Below, piece after piece: positions 39,331-51,965 of a DNA stretch of 64,000 nt; position 1 is the first letter of the stretch, and each line of letters opens with the position of its first letter. Below the pieces are notes generated by a model. That model did not search any database and was not told where the DNA came from. It was given only the letters and a program-made list of their open reading frames with translations. Source of the stretch: Callorhinchus milii. Its lineage: Eukaryota. Made by a program: the position numbers and the translations under genes. Where the stretch lies: assembly GCF_018977255.1 (NCBI RefSeq), contig NW_024704743.1, positions 67,396,001-67,460,000 of the forward strand, in the 5' to 3' direction.

Positions 39331-40403
39331 GGAGAGTGTTTATATTCGACACAAGCACCCACCCCTCCTATTCCCTTCATTCATACCCTTCTATTCCCTA
39401 CTCTCTCAGGTATGCATCAAGGTTTCTCTTACACAAGGTGTGTCAATGTCAACAGCAGAGGACAAGGGAAGGACCAAAGAGCAAGGACATCAAGGATTAA
39501 GTCTACCATGAGAAATAGAAGATCAAGACTGTGAAGTCAAAAAGATTGAAATCACAACAGGTTCTGAGAACATGATTTCGCTATCCCAAAGGTCTGCAGA
39601 TTCTGAATTGAAAGGGCTGTTAAAAAGGAAGATAGATTAATAATTGGAAAGTAAAGGTATGAAGCAAAATGGAAAAAAAAGTGGGAAGTGGAATCTAAAT
39701 GATCTGCCATCATTTAATAAAACAGATCTCAGTTTTTCAATTTTAAAAGGGTAGAGTTATAACAATATTAAACATGACATTTTCTACTGTTGCAAAGTGC
39801 ATAATTTCACCCAAATGTGATTCAGCACAACTTTAAATTCTGGCTAAAACATTTGAAATTCGTATTAGTTTCATATTCAATATTCATTCAAATATTATAC
39901 TTAGCTCCTGCGAGGATCATGCCTGCTATCAACAAATGGACTGGAGCGTTAGAGTGTTGAGCCATTGTGGAACGTATGGCATAATGAGTAAGGTAGGGAG
40001 TTGATCATGGGGATCATCATAACTGGACACAATTCCAATGTTTTCCCACATTAATTCATCTTGTGAGTCTGTCGTGTGTAGGGGTGGGGGGTGTGGGGGG
40101 TTGGTGGGGTGGGGGATGGTCTATGGATAGTGATGAAGAGCAGACATCCTAGCCTATAACCCCTTCCCTAACCCAGAGACACTGAGACCAATTATAGCAC
40201 CTCAGCTATAAGAATAATAATCACAATAATATTTGTTGCATTTGGTATAGCTTCACAAAGCTTCACAGGCTTTACCGTAAAGTGGAGTGACTGTATTTGT
40301 AGGCATACATGGGTGCCCAATTGTGCACAACAAACAACAAACAACAAACAACCGTGAAATGAATGACCAATTTTGTTTGGAGGATTGTTGCCAGGACACT
40401 CAT

Positions 40404-40724
40404 GGAGTCCTGTAGCTCAGTGGTTAGAGCACTCGCTTTGCAAGCGAGAGACCTGAGTTCAATTCCAGGCAGAGGGCGAAACCTTGGGCAAGTTTCCTTA
40501 CTCCACACACCTAATAATAATCCCTCCAAAAACCAAAAACAATAATAAATTGGTCATTTTCAATTCTACGACTGTTTGTGGGACATTGCTGTGCGCAAAT
40601 GGCTGCCGCGTTCGCCCACAAATATACAGTCAATTCACTTTACAGTGTGTTCTGTGAAGCGCTTTGGGACGTCCTCCCGACGTGAAAAGCGCTATATCAA
40701 ATGCAAGGATTATTATTATTATTA
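40404..40724 (+). mobile_element. tRNA-Ala-derived SINE, short form, best-preserved copy
   Basis: A box TAGCTCAGTGG, anticodon arm CTCGC-TTTGCAA-GCGAG, B box GTTCAATTCC, tail stem-loop and (ATT)n. Confidence 0.95.
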
Positions 40725-41003
40725 CTTGCCTTGCAAGCAAGACACCTGGGTTCAACTCCAGGCAAACCTTGGGCAAGTTTCCTTACTCCACACGCCTAAT
40801 AATAATCCCTCCAAAAAACAAAACAATAATAAATTGGTCATTTTCAATCCATGACTGTTTGTGGGACACTGCTGTGCGTAATTGGCTGCTGCGGGTCGCC
40901 CACAAATATAAGGTCAATTCACTTTACAGCATATTCTGTGAAGTGCTTTGAGACGTTTAGAAGACGTGAAAGCGCTATATCAAATGCAAGATTATTATTA
41001 TTA
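40725..41003 (+). mobile_element. Second SINE copy in tandem, lacking the A box
   Basis: Starts at the anticodon arm directly after the tail of the preceding copy. The pair splits an older minus-strand DeuSINE (~40215-40403 and 41004-41250). Confidence 0.9.
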
Positions 41004-41811
41004 CTTGGAGAAACTTCCTTCACTTCTAAAGTAGTGTCATAGGAATCTTTAACATCCACCTGAACCAGCAGACCGGACCTCGGGTTTAACATCTCATCAG
41101 AAAGATGTCACCTCTGATAATGCAACACACCCATTGCACTGCATTGGAGTGTCAGCTTAAACTATGCAAGTCCAAGTCCTGACATGGGGGTTGAATGCAT
41201 TACCATCTGACTCAAAGTTAACTGTTACCAATTCAACCAGGTTGACACTAATTCAACTAAGACTAGGGTTCAAACCTACCACTTTCTGCTTTGTATATCC
41301 AAGTGCTCACAAGGCAATGGGATTCTATGTAAAAAATACTACTGTAGATATGAACTATTGACATAAAATTGTTAGTAATCTGTGTTCTATTTGATATAAC
41401 ATTAATCTTTGATTGGTTTGAGATTGCTGTATCATAACAAGTGACACAAAGTTTGCTCTTTTCGCTGCTCTGGTCCACAGTAACAATTCTTATATGTGCC
41501 ATCTCCCAACACAATGGAGTATATTTATCAGTTGGGAACTGAAGCTGAAGAAAAATGCCTGGAATTCAATATTGCCTTAAAGTTACTGCTGCAAACATTT
41601 CACTGCTTGAAGGAGTTTGAGAAAGGTACGTATTAAGTCCAGTGGAATCTGAAGCTGGTTTCCCAATCACTTCAAATCCAACAGATAGTTGATAGGACAT
41701 GATTAACTGAGTACATGAGAAACTGTAGATTCTGAATGTGCTTTGCTTGTGCATTTTACAAATGATCCCACAACCACAACTCCCTTAGAAAACACAAATA
41801 GTTTAGTTCAG

Positions 41812-42145
41812 AAACAGAAGTCGCTGGGAACACTCAGCAGATCAGGCAATATCTATGGAGAAAGGAAAGTGAGTCAACGTTTTGGGTATTTTTGTACATG
41901 AATATGTCTTAGCAATATATTTAGTAAACCTATGCTATAAGCATACTATATATATTTTTTGGGGGGGAAGTCAGTCGGGTGTCTGACATATGTGGAAACC
42001 CATCACTATGCTTAACAGTATTCAAACCCAAGCCAAAACATTGAGTCACTTTCCTTTCTCCGTAGATGCTGCCTGACCTGTTGACTGCTCCCAGCGACTT
42101 CTGTTTTTGTTTCAGATTTCCAGCATCTGCAGTATTTTGCGTCAG
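41812..42145. mobile_element. Penelope pLTR insertion: two inverted pLTR arms enclosing captured genomic DNA
   Basis: Arms at 41812-41887 and 42034-42145. TSD GTTTAGTTCAG (41801-41811) / GTTTAATTCAG (42146-42156). Confidence 0.85.
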
Positions 42146-42604
42146 GTTTAATTCAGGATGGTAGTGATTGCTGAAATGACTTGTTTAACACACTTAAATG
42201 AAACCTGGAAGTTGACAGAATAACCTTGGTATGTTTTATGCAGCATTTTTATACAACATAAGAGTTTAATCTTTATGAATTGAGCTTAACAAAGAATGAT
42301 TCTCTGATGGTTGGTGAATTTCACTAACTAAGAACTAAGGCAAGGACTCAGACCTGGGACCTTCTGGACTGGATAGCTCAATGCTGCAACAGGCAATGTT
42401 TTTACCAACTACACAAGCTCATGTGTAGGTGGGATGCATGGAAATCTCAGCTTGGGTTTGGATACTCTTTAACATAGTGATGGGTTTTCGCATGTGTCAG
42501 ACACCCGGCTGACCCCCCACAAAAATATATATATGTATATTTGCTGTGCTTATAGCATAGGTTTACTAAATATATTGCTAAGACATATTCATGTACAAAA
42601 ATAC
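41886..42604. repeat. ~150-bp inverted repeat (41886-42033 vs 42450-42604)
   Basis: 41886-41943 is the exact reverse complement of 42547-42604 (58/58). The remainder aligns with mismatches and an indel. Confidence 0.95.
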
Positions 42605-42774
42605 ACTGTCACTTAAAGTAAACTCTGTGAAGCACTTTTGAGATATGCTCCTGATGTTAAAGGTGTTCTATCAAATACAAGGATTATAAGTATTTATCAT
42701 TATATTTATGCGAGTGATTGGGTTCACAGAGTCCTGAAAAATGTTTCTTATAAAAGATACTTTATTTTGTCGAG

Positions 42775-43125
42775 GATGATACTCCAATGCAGTGCTGAGG
42801 GAGGAGTGGTGCTCTGTCAGAGATGCTGTCCTTTCAAAAAGAAGTTAAACCAAGATCTTATCTGTCTGTTCGGGTGGACAGTGAAGATCCCATGGCACTA
42901 TTCAAAAAGAGCAGGGAATTTCTTTTGTCCTGGCCAACCATCCCCGAGATAAAATTAGTCATTTACTTCATGGCTGTTTGTAAGACATTATTGGATGCAA
43001 ATTGACTGCTGCATTCACCTACAAATATACAATCATTACACTTCACTGTAAAATCGTATGAAGAGTTTTGAGAAGTTTCAACAATGTGATAAGGCCCTGT
43101 AGCAAATGCAAAGATTATTATTGTT
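42775..43125 (+). mobile_element. Old DeuSINE body and tail
   Basis: GCAGTGCTGAGGGAG...GTGAAGATCCCATGGCACTATTCAAAAAGAGCAGGG...GCAAATGCAAAGATTATT. Confidence 0.75.
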
Positions 43126-45479
43126 ACTATTAGCTTAACTGCATGGGTTGGAACTAATTTTCTACTCCACTCAAATACCAGAATTATTCTTAAAAGTACT
43201 CTGAAATGTGTGAATTAATGATTTACCACTGAGCTAATATTAGAATCACTCTCCATTAGCATTGTGGTACACTATATCAATTCAGGAAGTGCTGTGCAGA
43301 TGCCTCTTGCTGTTACCAACCCTTGATGGGAGGGCAGAACATTGACAATGACAGTGTGCATTTATACTCATGTAATATGTAACATGTCAAAATGTCAAGG
43401 AGCTGAAAATGTAAAGCAGCTCGATGACATATTACCAAAACAGAAACCATACTTGCCCTTTATTGTAACTTTAAACTCTGATAATGGGATTTCAAGATGC
43501 TAGTAAAAATCTTTCAAAGGCAGGTGAAAGCTAATTTGCATAAATATGTCTCCCAGTCACTTCAGCTTTCCAAGCACAGACAAGAAACATAAACCGGTGC
43601 AATAAAATAGTACTTTCCTTTGTTACCACATTTGCTATCACACTTATGCCGTAAGCAAAGTAACTCATTTGGAAGCCGACTTAGCATGCAATCTGTATCA
43701 CTCATTTACACACACTTCTTTCTCCTTCCATCCTCATTGTGAAATATTTATTTGGATGCTTGATCCTCACTGGCTAATTACTTGAGAAACTAACATATCA
43801 TATCTTATAGTTTAAAAATTGTGTTTAATTCTTCATTTGTGACAAGTTGGCTAATTTCCCTAAAGTAAAACAATTCCTCGCCTCTCCGCTTTAAAGTTAT
43901 AAACATATTCCTATTCTTTCATCACGGTCAACCTGATCAATACTCTAGTCATTGGAATATTAAATATAAAACAAATCGACAGGCAGTATAAACTTTCCAT
44001 TGGAGAGCACAGTATTTGGGTTCTAATCAATCATAGGAGTCCAGCGTTGTTGAAACGTGAACATCCCAGGAGCTCACACACAGCAACATTTCTAACTGAA
44101 GAGCAAACACACCGAGCGCTATGTAAGTTAACTGCTGCATTCACCCAAAAATATAGTCACACTGTTTTACAGTATATTGTGTGAAGCGCTTTGAGTTGTG
44201 TCAATGACATAATAAAATACTATATCAAATGAAAGGATTATTATTCCTATCATAATCTACTCAAACAAGGTTTATCAGAATCACTGCATTTAACCAGGCA
44301 GCGAATGTGGTTCAAACAGGCTGTCTTTTCTACCAAGGAGAATAACGTATAGCTGATCTGGGACATATAGGTTGAGGTTCCCTGGTACACATAATAGATT
44401 GTAATAATAATACTCAAGGAGACAATAACTCTTCCTTGGGGTTATTGGAGGATAGAGGAAAACACTCTCTACCTGAGAGAAGTGACTGGAGATTAAAAAA
44501 ATCATCCATTAAAATGATGCACTGTAGAAGAACAAATCTATTGTTTTATGTGATGTCTCTAAAGATGGGACTTATGTGACAGCATGGTGATTGTGCGATA
44601 AGGCAGAAAACCCCAATTCGCCCTGCCTGGAATTGACCTCAGGTCTTTCCTTGAACGAGTGCTCTAAATACTGAGCAACAGGATCCAAGATGGGACTATG
44701 TGCAAAGCTGATCTGCTCGAGAAAGCAGAACCCAATTCCCATGAAACCCAGGCAATGGCAAGGATGCCATGGGAACAGGTTGTGTTGAGCACAGCGCTCG
44801 TGTGTTTGCTTTTCAGTTAGAAATGTTGTACTTGTTTGCTCCTGGGATGTTCATGTTTCAATGATGCTGGACTCCTGCGATTGATTAGAACCCAAGTACT
44901 GTGCTCTCTAATGGAAACATTATACTGCCTGTTGTTTTGTATATTTTCAAAGGGAAGAAAATCAATAAGGAAATTCAAACGAATGGGAGAAAAAAGTTCC
45001 AGACCGATTGACAGGACAAAATAAAACCACATGGATCAGATGCATGACCGGCCAAGCAGGTGTGTATTCTCAAAACACACTGTGAAGCAAATGCACTGTG
45101 GCAGCTGAATGACAAAAAGTACGGATGTTTGTTTGTGCTGCTTGTTAGACAACTAACAATGGATTTCAAGATGAATAATTTCAGTGCATCGGAAATTAAA
45201 ATGTTCAATCAAGCCAGTATAATCGACAGCAAACTAAGGAACTTTTGAAGGCTATACTGCTATACTTGGGTAATCTTGCATATTATAATTAGGTGTCGGC
45301 CTAGGTCAGTGGGGAGCACTTTTGCCTCTGAGTCAGACAGGTTGTGAGTTCAAGCCCTAGAAATTGTTTTGGCACAACTTGGCTGCCCTGTTCATCTACA
45401 AATACAAAGTCACTACCCTCTGCAGTAAAATCCTTTGGACCACTTTGAGATGGTCAGGTTCTATATCAAAAGCAGGGAT

Positions 45480-46350
45480 TACATAGATTGCACAGCACGG
45501 AAACAGGCCATTCAGCCCAACTGCTCCATTTCAATGTTTATATTCCACATGATACTGTTAATATTATTAAATGCCTAAATCCAGCATCAATTTAATTGCC
45601 CTTTCCAATACCAATATATCCTTACTGTAATATGGCAACTATAACTGGGTGCAGAATTCCAGGAGGGGGCGGACCAGTATTCTGGACTGGTTCAGTATCT
45701 CTTCCAGACATGCTCTTTCCTTCAGCTACACACCCCAATATCTTGTTTACTCTCTTTATTGTTGATGCGCAATTTGCTGATAGTGATCAATCCAACAAAT
45801 CTCCCAACCCTCTCTTGTACATCGTGCCCTGGCAGAAATTAAATTTTGTTAATATTCCTATTAATCTTTTTCCGCAATCTCAACATTTTTCAATTAGCCG
45901 CATGAAAACAAATTTGCCACATGCTAACCCAAATATATCTAGATACCTTCTGTATTTGATCACTTGGGTCCTGGTTATTTCCAGCTTGGTATCATCAGCA
46001 AACTTAAATAGTTTGTTTTTTGCTCCCATTGTCATAATTTATTGATAGGGTAAATATCATCGGACTTAGCATGAATCCCTGAGATCCTGGGTCTCATTAC
46101 TTTCCTCCCTCCACATTGCTGTAGCTTCATGCAGAAATACCTATTGTTTCCTATGATTTAACTAATTTCCAGTCCCCACAGGAGCTCTCCTCATTCCTTG
46201 CCTTCTCAATCGTGTGGACCAGTCTGCTGTGAAACACTGCATCAAACCTTTGATGAAACCTAAGTACATTATATAATGCCCACTGAGTTCTCCTCGCCCA
46301 CGTGTTTTATTATATGTACAAAGATCTAATAGATTTGTAATGTATGTATT
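45480..46350 (-). mobile_element. Old CR1 LINE fragments
   Basis: Plus-strand CACGGAAACAGGCCATTCAGCCC end motif; TTGGTATCATCAGCAAACTT reads KFADDTK on minus; ORF 46162-46401 has YLGFIKGLMQCFTADW, resembling YLDF.KAFD.V.H. Confidence 0.7.
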
Positions 46351-47099
46351 CTTATACTGCATTCTCAGTGGTGTCCCTTCAGTCATTATGCCCCCAGCCA
46401 TTTCTCTGCCTTACCCTCAATCTCTCTTCAAGTAAAAACGTACTTCTTTGACACTGTTTTTGGTTACTTCCCCCTCTTCTCTTCCTCCTAGCTCTGCATT
46501 CAACCACTGTGAAGCACTCCAAGACACAAGGGCGCTATATAAATGCAAGTTGTTCTTGAAAATAAAATGAAGTTTTCTTCAGTATATTTCTTCAATTCCA
46601 ACAATCGGATGTAATACAGATGGTTTAATTCCCTGTTGGGTACTGGTTGTTTTCCTGTATGGTACCTATGGTACCATTGCTAATGTCCACTTATTGGCAG
46701 TGTGCTTGGCAGTCCACTCAACTGAAGAGGGTATCACATCCAAGCTGGACCTCTCCCACTCAGCTGCTCGCACAAGCACACATAATTATTTCAATACAAC
46801 AACAATTGCATTTATAATTTATATAGCGCCTTCCACATTAGGATGTCCCAAGGCGCTGGTCAGTTGAGGATTTGCACCTGAGCTGGAGTTTCGATTCAGG
46901 AGAATTGGGCTTGGGGTGGTGGTGTCGAAAGAGCCGTGTGGAACACCACACCAAACGGCGTGGGCATGAGAGGAGAAGTCATTGACAGTTACAAAGTGGC
47001 GATGTTGGGAAAGGTAATAATAATAATCCTTGCATTTGATATAGCGCTTTTCACATTTTCTAGATATGAAATAGGTAAGAATTAAACCAAAAAAGACAG

Positions 47100-47462
47100 A
47101 ACTGTGAAGGTGGAGCTGAAAGGAAAGGCAGTGAAGAAGGATACAGTGGTCGACAGTGTCGAAAGCAGCAGAGGACAAGAAGACGAGGAGACAGAGAGAG
47201 TCCTGGTCACAGATGGAGAGAATGTCATCAGTGACTTTGACCAGAGAATGGAGAGAATGTCATCAGTGACTTTGACCAGGGCAGTCTCTGCGAGCAACGT
47301 AGAAGTCAGATTGGAGGGGTTCATGCTGGGACAAAGAGTGAAGTGCAGAGAGCGAAGCTGGGAAGCAAACACTCGTTTCAGTACCTTGCAGTACCTTGCA
47401 GAAGAAAAGCAGGTTGGAGATGCAACGGTAGTTAGGGATGCGTCAAGGGAAGGTTTTTTGAA
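47100..47462 (-). mobile_element. L2 RT N-terminal fragment
   Basis: ETALVKVTDDIL and SAAFDTVDH motifs. Contains a 35-bp tandem duplication (47213-47279) and a 10-bp one (~47379-47401). Confidence 0.8.
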
Positions 47463-49847
47463 GATACATTATTAAATGTTCACTCACTTCCAAGTTACTA
47501 ATCAGTTCTGGGAACTACTTTGTTGAGTTAACATGGAGTTAAAGTGTAATCTTGTGAAGGGCTCTGAAACATCCTCCCAACATTAAAGTGCATGTATTAT
47601 TATTAACTACTAAGCCTAACATCTTACTTTCTCTTGCTTGACATGATTCCCTCATTCTTTGAAATGTACCTTCCTTCTGGTTAACCTTGGTCTGACCAAT
47701 TTAAATCTAAGGAATTGAAAATTAGCTCATATCTTCCTAATGCCCACCATTCTCTTACTTCCCTAAACCTCTGGATAAACCTGTTCATCTTGACCTGGAG
47801 TGCAATTTCTACTTTGTTCATGCCTATGAAACATTTTATATCCTCTTAGCTCTAATCTTGTGGCTATCTTCCGCTCTCAGTCATGTTTCTGTGATGGTGA
47901 TAATGTCAATTACTAGAAGACAAGGAAGAGATTGAGACTAAACAGGGATTAAAGAGTCTTTATCACAAATGTAATGGCCTTGTAGGATTATTTACAGCAT
48001 TTGTACCCAATCAATTGTTCATTGACTCTAATCTCATCTACCGAGGGAAAGACTGAGCCCCAAAAGGTATTAGAAATAAACATCAGAACATGAATCTAAC
48101 TTTATAACCTCTGCTCTCTAACTTTGACAGGCTGCTTTCCATGCTGGAAGGATTTTGAATGGCATTTTTGAGGCAGGCTGTATCTGGTTCTAATGATTCA
48201 TCTGTCTCTGGCTTTGACTCTTCACTGCTGAATTGTACATAAAGATTTAGGTCACGTATAAGAAGTCTCAGTGCCTGAGTCAGTGCTTAGTATGTAGAAT
48301 TATATCTCTACACTTTGAATGAAATAACATACATAGTATAGCAATGCAATTTATTTTGTAAATCAGGTAATTACAAGATATGGCTATTGCCTCAATTAGA
48401 AATGAAACCAGTAATTTCAAAGCTAAGATGGCAAGGGATAAAATGATAGTTTTTTCTATAAAGGTCAAGGAACAGAATAAGCAGCACACAGATCCCCTTA
48501 TCATAGCAAGATCATTAATTGTTTAACTTTAATACTTAACCTGAAATACTTCCCAGTCACATCCACGGAAGAAAAGATTCAGGGCATTACATACATCAAC
48601 ATTGTGCTTTGAAGAATCTATTTCAGGAAAACTACAAAGCAAACACTAATAATGACACATGTATCATAACTTATATAGTTTATTTATACAGTACCTTTTA
48701 TACAGCGCCTGGATGGGGAGGGGGGAGAATAGGTGGTTGAAAATGCATTATAAAAGATCTTAGCAATATATATTTTAAGATATTTAGTGATAGTTACACA
48801 ATGGGCTTCAATTTGTGACATTTCATCATGTGTTACTTGTGGTATTTATTCCATTTGTGGTCAGCTTGATGTTGCAATCTATTAAAGACAGGTATTGTTG
48901 GAATAACACTCTTTAGACTTGCGAAAAAATTTTCTGGTACTGCAATCATTTTCTGGTGCTTCAGGGGTTAATAAATGCAAGTGCAAGATACAACAAATTT
49001 CTACTTCAAAATATCTCTGGGTGCATTTTAAAGCTCTGTGTAATTTAATAAAATGTCTTAGCCTGACAGTGGAATTAACAGCATAATATATTTTGCTTTT
49101 TTTTTCAGGTGAAACTAAAAATTAACTATGGCAAAATTTCTTAAAGAAGCTGTCTGGCACCTCGATTCGCAGACACTACAGGAGAAAAAGTTGGCACTGG
49201 CGGAGCCGCAATTCAACAGACTTGACATTTGCGTTGTAGATAATAATGTGAGCTGATCATATCATTGCAGTTTCAGATGTCTGCAAACTTGCAGGACTAA
49301 GGTAATAAGGAGGCCTTCAGAAACAGATGAGACAAGGATGGGTATTATGAGAAAATAGATTGTAGGAAGAAAGTTCCAAGCTGAGTTTCATAAAAACCTC
49401 GATGACCCCTGCGGCTCAGCGTTGCAGATTAACTTTTTGTCTGCTGGCAGGTTCACGGAAATAACAACATGACCTTATATAATGATCTTTGGATCGGTTA
49501 ACGACTCAGAGCCCTTCACAGTCATGGGGTTGAACTCCAAGGCAAGGGTGAAGGGGGAGGTGACCATAGGCATGGTTGAAGAGGCAATTTTTGAGATGAG
49601 GGATAGACAGGTGGTGAGGTGGAGGGATAGAGGCAGGGAGTTCCATGGGTAAGGAGCGCAGTGACTGAGGGCTCGACCACAAATGTTGGCGAGGACAGGG
49701 GCAGGGGGACTTCCAGCAGGCCTTTATTAGCTGAATGGAGGAGGAGTAAAGGAATGGGATAAGAGATCAGAAAAATAGGGAAATAAGTGGGCTAGGTAGA
49801 TTAGAAAGTTCTTTTATCTCATCACAATAATTCTGAAGAACTAATAA

Positions 49848-50265
49848 ACAATAATAATCCTTGCATCATGTTGTCAACATGTCTTAAACTTATGCTTCAC
49901 ATAATTTTTACTGTGAGATATGGTGACTATGTATATGAACTCAACAGCAAATTTGTACATAGTATTGTCCCACAGCCATAAAGTGAGTGACCAATTTTTT
50001 CTGGGGAATTGTTGGGAAGGAGACTGGGGGAAACTCCCTTCTCTTATTGAATAGTGCCATAGGATCTTTAAAGTCTGCCTGAACAGACAAAAAGCATCCT
50101 GGTTTAATGTCTTATCTGAACTTCAGCACCTATGAAATACAATATTCCACCAGAACTATATTGGAGTGTCAGCCTAGACCATGAACTGAAAGATCCAACA
50201 TGGTGTTTGAATCCACAACTTTCTGACTCAGAGGTGAGAGCAAGTGACCAACTAAGCTAGGCTGT
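49848..50265 (-). mobile_element. Old DeuSINE
   Basis: Same layout as 38905-39330. Confidence 0.7.
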
Positions 50266-50484
50266 CCATGTTAAAATGTTATTGTAATCATATGAATCTG
50301 TGAAACAAATGCAAGATTTTAACTGCATTTTTAATTAAAAATAAAAAATGGCTCTATTTTTGAATCCTGATTTTTGTTTTTCCTCTCCATTTCTCTCTGA
50401 ATTTTTACTGGCTGAAGAGCAAGTTTCAAGGACAGCTATCCAGCTCATTCTGAAAGTTCAGTCACTGAACATTGACACATCACG

Positions 50485-50940
50485 GATCACAAAGGAGGTT
50501 CAGATCAAAAATGTCCTTTAGCCCCCTTGATCTCATCCTTTCAATCTGACTGCTCTCCCATCCTCCCATCACAGCATCAAGCTGTTTTTAAATTAGTCCG
50601 GCTTCTCTCAACCTCAACAATCCATCCTGATAACCTGTTCCAGTCATTAATTAAGCTCTGGAGTCTGTCCTGAAATTTTGCTTGTTGCAACCCCAAACTT
50701 GGTCTGTCTTCTCAGTGCATTTCCAAGTTTAATTTCTCAATCCCATTTAAAATCTTATATATCTCTAATAAGGTCCCTTCTGAGATGATTCATGTTCATA
50801 CTGAAGAACCCGAGCTTATCTAATTATTGACCATTGCTCATTCCTACAACACTGGGGATCATCCTTATTGCAGCACAGCCTCTAAGTACTGGATTGCCCC
50901 TTTCTACCTTGGCAATCATAACTGTATATATTACTCCTCA
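50485..50940 (-). mobile_element. Old CR1 3' fragment
   Basis: On minus: LINDWNRLSG.IVEV and KLGFFSM...RRDLIRDI-like motifs. Confidence 0.6.
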
Positions 50941-51544
50941 GTGTGAAGGGGCAAAGAAAACAACCAAAGCTTTGATAGCATATTCAGTCTTAAGAAAAAA
51001 ATGACATTTCCATAGGGCCTTATCACATCAAAATATCTCAAAGCGCTTCACATGTAATTACTGTCAAGTGTAGCAAAAACAGTGACTTGCAAGGCCATTT
51101 AATAAGGTAACACCGCTTTTCTAATTTCTCTCATGAGTTTTAGGATAATGTAATGCAAGAGTGTGAAGTAAATAAACTAATTTTGCAGCAATGACATGGA
51201 TCAATTACTGACAGTTTTACACCTGAATGTTTCCCCTAAGATTTGGTTTCTCTTATCCCTGGCAGCTATCAGCCAACACATATCATCCTGCACCAACTGC
51301 AGGCACAATTCAACACGAGTGAGTCAGCCAGTGGCAGCATCTCCTTCCTCAAATAAACACCTTCCTATTCTAAAGCGCTCCATCAAGATTAATAGCTGTC
51401 AAAACTCACCCAACTGGCTCAAGTGAATCTGAATGATGGGTCACCGACCTACTGATTGAGAGAGAGAGCACTCCACTATCTCCACGACATCCCTCAACAT
51501 GCCTTCTTTCACACTCTTTTCCTCCTCCCCCCAAAAAACAGGTA

Positions 51545-51965
51545 AATAATAATACTTGCATTTGATATAACACATAAGAAGGATGCCTCCAAATATTTCA
51601 CAGATATACTGTAAAATGCAGTGCTTGTATATTTTGTAGGCAAATTCAGCAGCACATTTGTGCACAGGTAGGTACCACAAACAGCCATGAAGTGAATGAC
51701 CAATTTTATTTGTGAGACTGTTGACCAGGACATGGAAGAAACTCTTTTCTTTTTGAATAGTGCCATGGGATCTTCAACATCCACCTGAACAGGCAAATAT
51801 GACCTGATCTCGATTTAACGTGTCTTCCGAAGGACAACATATCTAACAATACAGCACAACCCCAGCACTCCACTGGAGTGTCAGCTTAGGACTGAGTTCT
51901 AAGTCCCGATATTTGGTTTGAATGCACAATCACCTGACTCTTAGTAATACCAACTGAGCCAGGTT
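51545..51965 (-). mobile_element. Old DeuSINE, near full length
   Basis: Deu-like body GAAGATCCCATGGCACTATTCAAAAAG, head and tail. Confidence 0.75.

Noticed and set aside
40404..40475. tRNA-Ala gene
   Set aside because: It has A and B boxes and an anticodon arm but no proper acceptor stem, and it continues into the SINE body in many copies. It is a SINE head.
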